This document shows, piece by piece, positions 12,378-24,379 of a DNA stretch of 64,000 bases. Origin of the DNA: Scyliorhinus canicula (taxonomy: Eukaryota); the NCBI RefSeq assembly GCF_902713615.1, contig NC_052168.1, positions 7,192,001-7,256,000 on the forward strand, in the 5' to 3' direction. Both the position numbers and the translations under genes were made by a program. The first letter of the stretch is position 1. Each line of letters starts with the position of its first letter. The notes below the pieces were generated by a model. It was given only the letters and a program-made list of their open reading frames with translations, searched no databases and had not been told where the DNA came from.

Positions 12378-13347
12378 AAATGGGAACGGTTTTGCTCCGT
12401 TTTCTGGGGTTCCAAAGTGTTTCCTCAGTCAAACACTGAAGCAGTTACGTTAACTAGTGGATATATAAAACTGTAAATCTATGAACACCAGTCGCAAATA
12501 GCCTGACCTGTCTTGTACAGGCAGCAAAGGACTACATCGAATCGAATTGACCGCATCGAATAGAATCAATGCAATTTCAACCACCAACTCCAACTCCTGC
12601 ACCTTTAGCAGAGGTAAACTACAGGCTTAAGGAATGAATTCTGTTTTTTCTCCCACCCACCCCGTTAACACTAGTTCAGGTCTGAGGCACATCAGCCAAT
12701 GACTGCATACCATTTGTGCACAGTGTTGCCTGACTCAACCAGGAACTTGTCCAGGTGCCTTCTGAATTTTTGCAGCAAATTGGCCCTCTGCTCAAGCCAG
12801 CAGCATGCACCGTAGGTTAGTAACCCTCTGCAAAAGGGAAAAACACTGTTGGCCAGTTCTATGCTTAAGTTGCTGGTACTCCTGACACTTTGTTTGAACT
12901 GGAGAGGACAGGGTTAACTGTCTTATCCACCTGCACACCTTTCAATCCATTATTTAGAAAACATCAATCAGATATTCCTAAAGTCTACACTGCTCCAGAA
13001 TTCTAAATAGGTCCAGTACTTGCAGCTTCTTGTGATGACTGACCTTTTAAACGAGTTCTGATAGTTTTCATGAATCTCTTCTGTACCTTTGATATCTCCC
13101 ATCATGTAAGGGAATGGAAACTGGGTGCAGTAGAAGAAGAGATCCTAACCAAGGCCTTGTGTAAACCTTTATATATCCGGTCATGGCCAGCAACTAGGTT
13201 CCAGTGCTACTGACTTATCTAACTCCCCTCCTAGGATTCTCCCTTGCCGCTCCCTATTTCTCATCGACACTGCTGCTGGGTGACATTTAAAAACACAATG
13301 TCCGGCTCTACACGTATGCTAATGACATTTAATTCTAGCTTTTCTCA

Positions 13348-13829
13348 GCCCTGGTAGCATGGTGGATCGCACTATAGCTTCACAGCGCCAGGGCCCCAGG
13401 TTCGATTTACTCGCTGGGTCACTGTCTTTGCAGACGTGCACATTCTCACCGTGTCTGCGAGGGTTTCCTCCGGGCGCTCCGGTTTCCTCCCACAGCCCAA
13501 AGACGTGCAAGGTAGGTGGATTGGCCGTGATAAATTGCCCTTAGTGACCAAAAAGGTTAGGAGGGGTTATTGGGCGGGGATAGGGTGGAAGTGGGTCGGT
13601 GCCAATTCGATGGGCCGAAGTGCAGAAGGCCATATGTTCTATATGTTCCTCTGGGTGTTCTAGTTTCCTCCCGCAAGTCCTGAAAGATGTGCTGTTAAGT
13701 AATTTAGACATTCTGAATTCGCCCTCTGTGTACCCAAACAGGTGCTGGAATGTGGCAACTGGGGCTTTTCACAGTAACTTCATTGCAGTGTTAATGTAAG
13801 GCTACTTGTGACAATAAAGATTATTATTA
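13348..13829 (+). mobile_element. V-SINE type A followed directly by a type B 3' half
   Basis: Type A to about 13645, then core plus TTTTCACAGTAACTTCATTGCAG tail ending in (TTA)n. Confidence 0.85.
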
Positions 13830-13865
13830 ACTAAATATTTACGGGACTTGTAAGTCTGCTCTGCC

Positions 13866-14341
13866 ATTCAGCACGATGCCCGTTCATTCGTTGTCGCAGT
13901 GTCTGCATGGTCTCGCCAATGTACCACGCTTCGGGACATCCTTTCCTGCAGGGTATGAGGTAGACTACATTGGTCGAGTCGCACGAGTATGTACTGCGTA
14001 CCTGGTGGGTGGTGTTTCCACGTGTAATAGTGGTATCCATATCGATGATCTGGCATGTCTTGCAGATTGCTCTGGCAGGGAGTGTGGTGTCGTGATCGCT
14101 GTTCTGAAGGCTGGGTAATTTGCTGCAAACAATGGTTTGTTTGAGGTTGCGCGGTTGTTTGAAGGCAAGTAGTGGGGGTGTGGGGATGACCTTGGCAAGA
14201 TGTTCATCTTCATTGATGATGTGTTGAAGGCTGCAAAGATGTCGTAGTTTCTCTGCCCCAGGAAAGTAGTGTTGGACTTTAACCTGGTGTTGTAAGACTT
14301 CTTACTGTGCTTACCCCAGTCCAACGCCGGCATCTCCACAT
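13866..14341 (-). mobile_element. Penelope-like element fragment (GIY-YIG endonuclease) with an inverted pseudo-LTR end
   Basis: Minus-strand peptide SCDSTNVVYLIPCRKGCPEAWYIGETMQTLRQRMNGHR; the segment 14270-14341 recurs at 15258-15295 and 39617-39690. Confidence 0.85.
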
Positions 14342-14344
14342 CGT

Positions 14345-14676
14345 TGATATAGATAGCAATGGGCCCAGCACTGATCCCTGAGGCACACCACGTCACAGGC
14401 CTCTAGTCCAGCAAGCATCCTTCCACCATGACCCTCTGCTTCCCATCAAGCCAATAGTATATCCAATTTGCCAGCTCTCCCTGGATTCCATGTGATTTAA
14501 CCTTCCAGGGCAGCCTACCATGTGGAACTTTATCAAAGGCCTTACTGATGTCCATATAGACTATATCTACTGCCCGGCATTCAACCGTCCTGGTTACTTC
14601 ATCAAACAACTTTTTGTAAGGCATGATCTCCCGTGCACAGAGCCGCACTGACTACTAATCAAACCGTCTTTCCAAA

Positions 14677-14725
<49 letters not shown>

Positions 14726-14900
14726 CGCAGAATCCTCTCTAGTAACTTACCCACCACAAATGTTAGGCTTACCGGTCTATAATTCCCAGGTTTTTCTTTG
14801 CAGCTTTTCTTCAATAGGCACCACATTTGCTACCCACCAGTCTTCTGGCGTCTCACCCGTGGCTAAAGATGATGCAAATATGAGCCAGGGCTCCCACAAT
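14345..14900 (-). mobile_element. CR1 LINE RT fragment
   Basis: DIVYMDISKAFDKVPHGRL..HGIQGELANWI; frameshifted and interrupted by a microsatellite. Confidence 0.85.
14677..14722. repeat. (TG)n(TA)n compound microsatellite
   Basis: Read directly from the sequence. Confidence 0.95.
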
Positions 14901-14904
14901 TTCT

Positions 14905-15295
14905 TCAGGGCACACGACAACGCAGAATTGCCGAGCAAAAACTTACTGCTAAGTTCCGCATGCATGAGTGCGGCCTCAACCGAGATCTTGGATTCATGTC
15001 GCATTACATTCATCCCCCACCATCTGGCCTGGACGTGCAAAATCCTACCAACTGTCCTGGCTTGAGACAATTCATACCTCTTTAACCTGGGGTTACCCCT
15101 ATCTCTGGATCTGTAATGAATTGATTACCTGCAAATGCTCGCATTCCAAGCATTGCCTGGCATCTCTGACTTTGTCTATATAAATGTTTCTGATACGTGC
15201 CTCTCCATTCACCTGAGGAAGGAGCAGTGCTCCGAAAGCTAGTGTTTGAAACAAACCTGTTGGACTTTAACCTGGTGTTGTAAGACTTCTTACTG
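14905..15295 (+). mobile_element. Penelope-like element 3' end / pseudo-LTR
   Basis: Encodes RQRRIAEQKLTAKFRMHECGLNRDLGFMSHY (GLN motif of the PLE C-terminus), followed by a UTR containing a hammerhead core. Confidence 0.8.
15210..15244 (+). ncRNA. Minimal type I hammerhead ribozyme motif (PLE-associated)
   Basis: CAC-CUGAGGA-A-GGAGC(AGU)GCUCC-GAAA-GC-UA-GUG. Confidence 0.7.
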
Positions 15296-15810
15296 ATCTA
15301 TATCAACAATTTGGATAAGAATGTACAAGGCATGATCAGTAAGTTTGCAGATGACACTAAAAACAGGTGGTATTGTAGACAATGAGGAAGATTATCAAAA
15401 TTTGCAGCAGGCACTTATATCAGCTGGGGAAGTGGGCCGAGAAATGGCAAATGGAGTTCAATACAGATAAGAGTGAGGTGTTGCATTTTGGAAAGTCAAA
15501 TCAAGGTCAGACTTTCACGGTGAATGGTAGGACCTTGGGGAGTTTTGTGGAACAGAGGGATCTTGAGTTAAGATGCACGGTTCTCTAAAGGTGGAGTCAC
15601 AGGTAGATAACAGTGAAGAAGGCTTTTGGTATGCCGTGCTTCATCAGTCAGGGCATCGAGTATAGAAGTTGGGAAGTTATGTTGCAGTTGTACAGGACGT
15701 TGGTGAGGCCACACTTGAGCTATTGTGTTCAGTTGTGGTCGCCTTGCTATAGGAAAGATATTATTAAACTGGAGAGAGTACCGAAGAGATTTACAAAGAT
15801 GTCACCAGGA

Positions 15811-16396
15811 GTCTAGGGACTCGCGTGAGAGTACCTTTTTAAGAAATGTACCTTTACGTAATGGGTGTTTATCAGTGATGTCAGAGCCTGGGTGGAGCTG
15901 GGCTGTCTGTCAGCTTTTTACTTTCATTTGAGCCTGTTTGCTGCAGGGTGTGTTTTAGTTTCGCTTTCAGTGTTGGAGCTGAAGCCAGACATAGCAGCTG
16001 TACTGCTGTTCTCTCTGCCATGAAAAAACTATCTCTTGATCATTTGGTGAATTCAGAATTATAAATGTTTTCAGTAGTGACTTTAACCTGATGTGCTTCT
16101 GTTAAAGGTGTTGTTTTTAAGTCGTATGGATGTTAAAAGGAAAGCTTAAAGGATTACTTAGTGTTTAGGGGTTGTATTTGAATTAATGGTTGCTAAGATG
16201 TTCACTATGTTTTTAAAAAGGTTAACTTGAGTTCATAGAATAAACATTGTTTTGCTTTAAAAAATACTTTTCCATTTCTGCTGTACCGCACCTGTAGAGT
16301 GGGCCGTGTGCTCCCCATACCACAATCTATTAAATGTTCTGGATCAGGTGAACTCCATGATACACTTTGGGGTTCTCTAAACCCTGGCCCATAACA
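15811..16396. mobile_element. Unclassified LTR-like insertion inside the CR1
   Basis: Non-CR1 block that splits a CR1 coding stretch, contains AATAAA and ends in ...CCCATAACA. Confidence 0.55.
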
Positions 16397-16571
16397 GGAC
16401 TAAGTTACAGGGCGAGATTGGACAGGCTAGGGCTTTTTTCTTTGGAGCTAGGACACTTAGGGGTGATCTTTATAGAGGTGTACAAGATCATGAGCGGCAT
16501 AGCTAGGGTGAATGCACTCAGACTTTTTCTCCGGGTTGGGGAAGTGAGAACTAGGTTTAAGTTGGTTTGTT

Positions 16572-16797
16572 TCTTTTTTTAAGTTTAGAGTACCCAATTA
16601 TTTTTTTCCAATTAAGGGGCAATTTAGCATGGCCAATCCACCTACTCTGCACATCTTTGTGTTGTGGGGGCGAAACCCAAGCAAAGACGGGGAGAATGTT
16701 CAAACTTCACACGGACAGTGACCCAGAGCCGGGATCGAACCTGGGACCTCGGTGCTGTGAGACAGCAGTGCTAACCCACTGTGCCACGAGCTGCCCA
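16572..16797 (-). mobile_element. V-SINE type C (short, A-rich tail)
   Basis: Tail ...TTGGAAAAAATAATTGGGTACTCTAAA; flanking repeat TAGGTTTAAGTT (16552-16563 and 16803-16814). Confidence 0.85.
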
Positions 16798-17664
16798 GGG
16801 CATAGGTTTAAGTTTTAAGAGGGGAAAGAATTAATGGGAACCTGAAGAGCAAGGTTTTTACACACAGGGTGGTACGTATGTAGGATGAGATGCCGGAGGA
16901 AGTGGTTGAGGCAGGGACATTGACAATATTTAACAGATACTTGGATAGGAAAGGGTTAGAGGGATATGGGCCCAATGCAGGCAAATGGGGTTAGCTTAGA
17001 TGGGGTTTTTGGTTGGCATGGACCAGTTTGGGACATAGGGCCTGTCTCCGGGCCGTAGACTCTGATCATGGTTTATGTTCTACCTCCATAGTACTGTATC
17101 CACGCATCTCTACCATAGATTGCCTACAGTGCAGAAGGCCATTCAGCCCATCAAGTCTGAAAGAGCACCCTAACTTGGTTCACTCCCCCGCCCTATGCTT
17201 GCAACAACACCTAGCCTGCACATCTTTGGATTGTGGGAGAAAACCGGAGCACCTGGAAGAAAACCGTTAGTATCCAATTCCCCTTAGTATCCAAAACTAA
17301 GCATATCTAACATCCAGTATTGAATGAGCAGAAATTAATTCAACTAAATATTTTTGTCATCATCATGATCTTTCGCTCAAACCTCATTTCCTAGCCTCTA
17401 CTCCCAATTCGTTCCCTGGTAACTCGGGCTGAACCAGACTGTTTGCAATCTCGGTGTTAATCACCAAGGCCACCTATTTTCATCTCTCTAATATCAACTA
17501 ACTGCCCCTGCCAGGGTTCAGCGGCTGCTGAACTCTCACCCATGCCCTTGCAATCTGTAGACTGTACAAAGGCCACGATCAATCCATGGGGAATGTGGGC
17601 CACAGTCGAGAGCTCTTTCGGAGGATCGGTGCAGACTGGAATGGCCTGCACTGTAGAAATCCTT

Positions 17665-17845
17665 TTATTTTAAAAAGTACCCAACTATTTTTTTCCAATT
17701 AAGGGGCAATTTAGCGTAGCCAATGCCCCTACCCTGCAAATCTTTGGGTTGTGGGGGTGAGACCCACGCAGACACGGGGAGAATGTGCAAACTCCACACA
17801 GATAGTGACCCGGGGGCAGGACAGATCCTGGGTCCTTGGCGCCGT
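17665..17845 (-). mobile_element. V-SINE type C
   Basis: Similar to 16572-16797. Confidence 0.8.
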
Positions 17846-17929
17846 TCTTGCTGACATTCAATGGCTTCCTGGCCTCGACTTGTAAATTCTCATTCTTGTT
17901 TTAAAATTCTTCCATAGTTTACCTCTGCC

Positions 17930-18225
17930 CCAGTGGTTAGCACAGTTGTTTCATAGCACCAGGGACCCCGGTTCGATTCCTGGCTTGGGTTTGCTGTCTG
18001 TGCAGAGTCTGCATGTTCTACCTGTGTCTGCGTGGGTTTCTTACGGGTGCTCCGGTTTCCTCCCACAAATCCCAAAAGATGTGCTTGTTAGGTGAATTAG
18101 ACATTCTGAATTCTCCCTCTGTGTACCCGAACAGGTGCCGGCGTGTGGCAACTAGGGCCTTTTCATAGTAACTTCATTGAAGTGTTAATGTAAACCTACT
18201 TGTGACACTAATAAAGATTATGATT
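17930..18225 (+). mobile_element. V-SINE type B
   Basis: Same head and core as type A, alternative tail GACATTCTGAATTCTCCCTC...CCTACTTGTGACA. Confidence 0.85.
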
Positions 18226-18728
18226 ACAGTATTGCTATAATTTGTCATCCTTAATAAACCTCCGAGATCTCTGCTGCTCCAGCTCCTGCTATCCACAATT
18301 CTAATCACTGCCATCCATGGCCCCATGATCAGGAACTCCAGGACACACCTGTCCCCTTCAAGACCCGAATGCTGCCTCTGTCCAAGCTTGTGATCCTCTG
18401 TCCTCATAGGATGGAATCACTACAGTGCAGGAGGAGGCCATTACCCGAGGCCGGAATTGAACCTGGGTCCCTGGAGCTGTGAGGCAGCAGCGCTAACCAC
18501 TGTGTCACCCCTTATTATATGTCCTGGTTCGGTGTCAAATGATGTCCAGTAATGCCCTGAACCTTGACTATTTAAAGCATAATTCTATAAATGCAAGATT
18601 AATAGCACGATGTTTTGTTTTACACATCTCAGAAGTTTATCAGCCCTTTCGAGACTTTTGAGCCATTGACTTTTTTTATTGGAAAGATTTTTATTCAAGG
18701 CATTTTTACATATACAAAAATAATCAGA

Positions 18729-19055
18729 AGGGTGGCACAGTGGCTAGCACTGCTTTCTCACAGCGCCAGGGCCCCAGGTTCAATTCCGGCCTCGGATAAC
18801 TCTGTGGAGTTTGCATGTTCTCTCAGTGTCTGCGTGGGTTTTCTCTGTGTGCTCCGGTTTCCTCCCACAGTCCAAAGATAAGCGGGTTAGGTGGATTAGC
18901 AGCGCTAAATTGTCCCTTGGTGTCCAGGGATGGGTAGGTTAGGTTATGGGATTCCAGGGATAGGTAGGGGTGGACACTTGTGGATGGGCAGAGTGCTCAT
19001 TCGAGGGGGTCGGTGCCCGATGGGCCGAATGGCCTCCTTCTGCACTGTAGGCATT
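18729..19055 (+). mobile_element. V-SINE type A
   Basis: Head, core and CR1-type tail. Confidence 0.85.
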
Positions 19056-19113
19056 CAAAAACAACCAAACAATTCAATAATAATAATCTTTCTTAGTGAA
19101 CCAGCAGGCTTAC

Positions 19114-19557
19114 ATGAAATGAAATGAAAATCGCTTATTGTCACAAGTAGGCTTCAAATGAAGTTACTGTGAAAAGCCCCTAGTCGCCACATTCCGGCGC
19201 CTATTCGGGGAGGCTGTTACAGGAAGCCAGTGCTACTGGCTTGCTTGGTCTGCTTTCAAAGCCAGCGATTTAGCTGTGTGCTAAACAGCCCCTAAACACT
19301 GCATTAGCACTGCAATGAAATTACTGTGAAAATCCCTTGTCGCCACATTACGGCACCTGTTCGGGTACACGGAGGGAGAATTCAGAATGTCCAATTCACC
19401 TATCAGCGCATCTTTCGGGACTTGTGGGTAGAAACCGGAGCACCCGGAGGAAACCCACGCAGACACGGGGAGAATGTGCAGACTGCATGGACAGTGAACC
19501 AAGCTGGGAATCGAACCCGGCGATGTGAAGCGACAGTGCTAACCACTGGTCTACCAC
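19114..19557 (-). mobile_element. Short SINE type D (19114-19291) adjacent to or nested in a V-SINE type B (19295-19557)
   Basis: Both carry the shared B/D tail; D has a different tRNA-like head and a (TTTCA)n end. Confidence 0.8.
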
Positions 19558-19881
19558 CTCCCCTAACTCCAAGCCCTCCTCACATCCTGCCTTCCCCATT
19601 TTAACCCCCTTCCCCACCCCCACCCCCTTGGTTGCCATTGATGTTGTTGAAAAGGCAGACATTGCTGTTATGTACCTTACACACACCCTCCAGCTAAGGG
19701 CTCTCAACCTGCAGTTATTGACGTTTCAATTTGTCAGCCAGTAGCTGAGACCGTGCCCTGGGCAGGTGGCCCCGCCGTCGCCCCCACGGGGGAGGAAGGA
19801 GTTTGCTGGTCAATTACCCCTGGAGCTCTGGCCGGCGCCACGTTGGCTTCGGCAGATTGTATCAAACGTCGGGGCTGCGTC

Positions 19882-19895
19882 GTTTCCAGGGAAAC
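19882..19895. promoter_or_regulatory. RFX X-box in the promoter of the SAXO3-like gene
   Basis: Palindromic GTTTCC-AG-GGAAAC, about 60 bp upstream of the ATG, in a CpG-rich patch. Confidence 0.7.
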
Positions 19896-19954
19896 GAAAC
19901 AAACAGCAGAACGGCTACTGGGGCCAGGGCGGGAGGGACAAGGAGAGGAGCCCC

Positions 19955-20053
19955 ATGGCCGCGACAGAGAGGAGACACGACCTGCACCTCACCAGCACGG
20001 GCATTGGGCTGCATTACACCCCAGCCCGATACTTCCCACCCTCTGACTTCAAA
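19955..20053 (+). CDS. SAXO3: SAXO3-like microtubule inner protein, exon 1
   Basis: cccATGG start; MAATERRHDLHLTSTGIGLHYTPARYFPPSDFK; gtaagt donor, phase 0. Confidence 0.8.
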
Positions 20054-20429
20054 GTAAGTGGCTCAACACCCCCCCCCCCCCCCCCCGTTACAATCATTCA
20101 ATCAAAAACCCCTCTGAGATCTCAGTGAATCCGAGCCCCAAAAATAAGAAGGGACTGGTACTGTTGGCACATCTGTGTACATTTCTGTTTTTAAGGAATC
20201 GTTAGCTCTGAAGCACTTTGAGACACCCCCACAGGATGGTGAAAAGTGCCACATGAACCTCCTGTTTTCTCAGTTCTCCAGATCACTGCTCCTTGTCATT
20301 CACTGAATGCTTGTTTCTGAGGATGTGACATGATTCTCCCTCTTCAGGTACCATCAGCCAACATGGATCGCCAAGATAACCTTGCTCTGGAGGCCTGGCC
20401 ATCTCTTTAATAATACATTTCATAATTTA

Positions 20430-20709
20430 TTATTACTATTAAGTGGGCTTACATTAAAACTGCAATGAAGTTACTGTGAAAATTCCCTAGTCGCCACATT
20501 CCGGCGCCTGTTCGGGTACAGAGGGAGAATTCAGAATGCCCATTTCGCCTAACGGCTTGTGGGAGGAAACCGGAGCACCCGGAGGAAACCCACGCAGACA
20601 CGGGGAGAACGTGCAGACTCCGCACAGACAGTGACCCAAGCCGAGAATCGAACCCGGGGCCCTGGAGCTGTGAAGCAACAGTGATGACCAATGTGCTACC
20701 GTGCCGCCC
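20430..20709 (-). mobile_element. V-SINE type B
   Basis: Head, core and B tail. Confidence 0.88.
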
Positions 20710-21242
20710 TGTCGGTGGTACACACATCCAGTTCCTGAGCAACTCTTGGAAAGTTGGTTCTTTGTCTACCTCAATCTGTTTTACCCTCCATCTTTCCCAA
20801 CAGGGTCAGATATTGCAAATCATCAGTTTTTTTTAATTACACGGAAAGTCCAAATACCCCTTCTCGTTCTCGGTTCATTGTTTGCGCTCAGATTTTTACT
20901 GGCTCCTCTTCATTGGTAGTGGGATCTGTCCAAGATGTCTATGTTTATCTGCCTCAAAATCCATAGAATCCCTACAGTGCAGAAGGAGGTCTTTCAGGTA
21001 CTGGCCCATCGAGCCTGCACTGACCATCCGAAAGAGTACCCTACCTCAGCCTACTTCCCCTGTCCTATCCCCGTAACCCAACCTAATCTGCACATCTTTG
21101 GACCCCAAGAGGCAATTTAGCATGGCCAATCCATCTAACCAAAACATCCTATATGGCAGGGGAATGGGAACCTAAGTAAGGATTCAGAGGAGGGGGAAAT
21201 CAAGAACAAGAGAAAAAGACAGCAAGGAGAAGTCAGTACAAG

Positions 21243-21546
21243 TGGTAGCACTGTGGCTTCACAGCGCCAGGGTCCCAGGTTCGATTCCCCGCTGGGTCAC
21301 TGTCTGTGTGGAGTCTGCACGTTCTCCCCGTGTCTGCGTGGGTTTCCTCCGGGTGCTCCGGTTTCCTCCCACAGTCCAAAGACGTGCAGGTTAGATGGAT
21401 TGGCATGCTAAATTGCCCTTAGTGACCAAAAGGTTAGGAAGGGTTATTGGGTTACATGGGATAGGGTGGAAGTGAGGGCTTAAGTGGGTCGGTGCAGTCT
21501 TGATGGGCTGAATGGCCTCCTTCTGCATTGTATGTTCTATGTTCTA
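21243..21546 (+). mobile_element. V-SINE type A (plus an inverted 3' fragment at 20962-21145)
   Basis: Head, core and tail. Confidence 0.88.
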
Positions 21547-21798
21547 AAAGTTATAGGCAGAGTAATCAAGGACCAGAATCAGATAAGGACACAGTCAATA
21601 ATAGAAAGGGGTAAAGGAACATTATAATTCCACGAGTTTAGTTCAAATCCCATTCATTATTCAAAGGTGAACACCCAGCTCACACCACATCAGAACAACC
21701 TCCCCGGTTCCAGGTACACAGCAAGTGGCAGAATAATATTTGGGAGCAGTTACCCTGTTGATTTTTCACGTTCCTGACCCGATGATATTGAGGGCAAT

Positions 21799-21916
21799 AT
21801 CACTTCTCGGCCATTTGGCTAAAGTCAGGCATCAGATCAAGGCCAGGGAGGAGGTGCAACGCCTTTTCTTACCAGCTTGGATCTTGTATGTCTCTCTTGT
21901 GGAGACCATGAATCGG
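21799..21916 (+). mobile_element. U2 snRNA 5'-derived head fused to a non-U2 hairpin body (SINEU-like or U2-targeting element remnant)
   Basis: ATCACTTCTCGGCCATTTGGCTAA matches U2 nt 1-24 at 22/24; the sequence is not U2 after about nt 34. Confidence 0.65.
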
Positions 21917-22011
21917 TCATACTCCAGTGAGGATCTTGTCAAGAGATGAGCTTTATTCCAGAAAGATAGAGAGGAAGTCTGTGCAAGTCACTCTATCCCT
22001 TCTTGTTTCAG

Positions 22012-22212
22012 TCTTTTTTGAAAGATCCTTTTCCTCTGAAGCTGAGAGAGGGAGACACTATCCATCCTTACGATGAGGTTTTTAATAACTTTGAAACTAC
22101 TACTGGGTCAACTCACAATCTCAAGACGATCGGAGGTGTACTTGGTCACCCTCGCTTCATGAAGGTTCCCAATCACTGGAATGTTCATTACATGAAGGAT
22201 CTGTCAGAAAAG
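22012..22212 (+). CDS. SAXO3: SAXO3-like, exon 2
   Basis: ttgtttcag acceptor, gtgagt donor, 201 nt; SFLKDP...YDEVFNNFETTTGSTH...KDLSEK. Confidence 0.85.
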
Positions 22213-22439
22213 GTGAGTGTTGCAAAGGAAGACTTCTGATGGCTCCTTCCACTCAGAATGTTTGGCTTTGAGTCTTTTTTTGACTTGTGTGTTTGTCAGG
22301 GTGATGATCGATATTGGCACTTAGGGGCAGTACAATGTGGGCTAGGGTACAATTGCCACTACACTGTCCCATCAAAAACACCCAGGGCAGGTGCACCACG
22401 GGGTTAGATCCAGAGTAAAGCCCCCACTATGAAATTAAA

Positions 22440-22649
22440 CGCAAGGCACCATAATCCCCGAGGGCCATTAAGCTGCTCTCGCTATTTGAGAGAGAGCTGA
22501 CTTGTGGTGAATTAACCTGAGGGTCACCACACCTCGGGCGAAGGGCAAGGCAGAGAAGGCGGGGCCTTTGTGGATAACCTCAGCCGGTACGGGGATTAAC
22601 CCCTGCTGCTGGCCTTGCTCTGCATCACAAACCAGCCGTCCAGTCAACT
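22440..22649 (-). mobile_element. tRNA-derived SINE type E (D-type head, different body)
   Basis: Minus strand GCTGGTTTGTGATGCAGAGCAAGGCCAGCAGCAGGGGTTAATCCCCGTACCGGC matches the D head; it sits between satellite units. Confidence 0.7.
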
Positions 22650-23720
22650 ACACTGTCCTCATCAAACACTCCCAGGACAGGTACCGCACGGGGTTAGATA
22701 CAGAGTAAAGCTCCCTCTGCACCGTCCCCATCAATCACTCCCAGGACAGGTACAGCACGGGGTTAGATACAGAGTAAAGATCCCTCTGCACTGTCCTCAT
22801 CAAACACTCCCAGGACAGGTACAGCACGGGGTTAGATACAGAGTAAAGCTCCCTCTACACTGTCCCCATCAAACACTCCCAGGACATGTACAGCACGGGG
22901 TTAGATACAGAGTAAAGCTCCCTCTACACTGTCCCCATCAAACACTCCCAGGACAGGTACAGCACGGGGTAAGATACAGAGTAAAGCTCCCTCTACACTG
23001 TCCCCATCAAACACTCCCAGGACAGGTACAGCACGGGGTTAGATACAGAGTAAAGCTCCCTCTACACTGTCCTCATCAAACACTCCCAGGACAGATACAG
23101 CACGGGGTTAGATACAGAGTAAAGCTCCCTCTACACCGTCCCCATCAATCATTCCCAGGACAGGTACAGGACTTGGGTTAGATACAGAGTAAAGTTCTCT
23201 CAACACTGTCCCCATCAAACATTCCCAGGACAGGTACAGCATGGGGTTAGATACAGAGTAAATCTCCCTCTACACTGTCCCCATCAAACATTCCCAGGAC
23301 AGGTACAGCACGGGGTTAGATACAGAGTAAAGCTCCCTCTACACTGTCCCCATCAATCACTCCCAGGACAGGTACAGGACTTGGGTTAGATACAGAGTAA
23401 AGCTTCCTCTACACTGTCCCCATCAAACACACCCAGGGCAGGTACAGCACGGGGTTAGATATAGAGTAAAGCTCCCTCTACACTGTCCCCATCAATCACT
23501 CCCAGGACAGGTACAGGACTTGGGTTAGATACAGAGTAAAGCTCCCTCTACACTGTCCCCATCAAACACTCCCAGGACAGGTACAGCACGGGGTTAGATA
23601 CAGAGTAAATCTCCCTCTACACTGTCCCCATCAAACACTCCCAGGACAGGTACAGCACGGGGCTAGATACAGAGTAAATCTCCCTCTACACTGTTCCCAT
23701 CAAACACTCCCAGGACAAGT
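22650..23720. repeat. 69-bp minisatellite array, about 15 units (plus one detached unit at about 22361-22425)
   Basis: Unit ACACTGTCCCCATCAAACACTCCCAGGACAGGTACAGCACGGGGTTAGATACAGAGTAAAGCTCCCTCT. Confidence 0.97.
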
Positions 23721-23974
23721 GTAGTGCAAGTTCGATACGGAGAGAGTTCACTTCCATTAAGTTTTAAGCTAAACACAGCCTTAGATGTGCACCTCAATCT
23801 TCAGTTTGTGGATTCAGTAGAATTAGACTCGAGCAGTTGCGTCTCACATCGGCCTCTGTAAGCAGATGGGGAAAGGAAGTCTTCATCCCATTTTGTTGAG
23901 GCTGTGTTTATATCTCCGTGGAGCAACTTCTCAGTCCTGGGCTACATTCCTCGTTTTCATTCTTTATTTTTCAG

Positions 23975-24136
23975 CTGAGCAGGCGAGACTGGAGGACTCC
24001 CCTGAACATGGTTAACCAAACGAGTGAGATGAAGGACAAATACACTGGCAGACTTCCACACTCCATGGACACTGCGTTTAAGGCTGGGCCTCAGCCCTTC
24101 CTCCTGGCCAACCATCACACCAATGGACCATCGAAA
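23975..24136 (+). CDS. SAXO3: SAXO3-like, exon 3
   Basis: tttttcag acceptor, gtaagg donor, 162 nt; LSRRDWRTPL...TSEMKDKY...GPQPFLLANHHTNGPSK. Confidence 0.85.
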
Positions 24137-24379
24137 GTAAGGCCCATAAAGGACATTTGGCCTTTGGCGATGGTAGTTGGCCGACAGTTTGAATGTAATC
24201 TCATAGGTTGAACATTACATCTTTTACATACAAGACATATCAAACGTGAGCAACACTGAGTCTCTCTGGCAATATGGATGGACATACGTGAGCATAGACG
24301 CACATATACAGAAACACACGCAGACAGCTCTGCAATGGAGACACAGAGACAAAGACACACACACAGTGGACACACACAC

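Larger units (their letters stand above)
15296..17065 (+). mobile_element. CR1 LINE 3' part, interrupted by two insertions
   Basis: LGKWAEKWQMEFNTDKSEVLHFG and LYRTLVRPHL..CVQLWSP motifs; resumes after 16396 and after 16800. Confidence 0.85.

Noticed and set aside
21799-21832. Functional U2 snRNA gene
   Set aside because: Only about 34 nt match; the branch-point pairing region and Sm site are absent.
22615-23720. 188-aa repetitive ORF, or a CRISPR-like array
   Set aside because: The 69-bp unit is a multiple of 3 and stop-free in one frame; it is intronic, has no unique spacers, and the context is eukaryotic.
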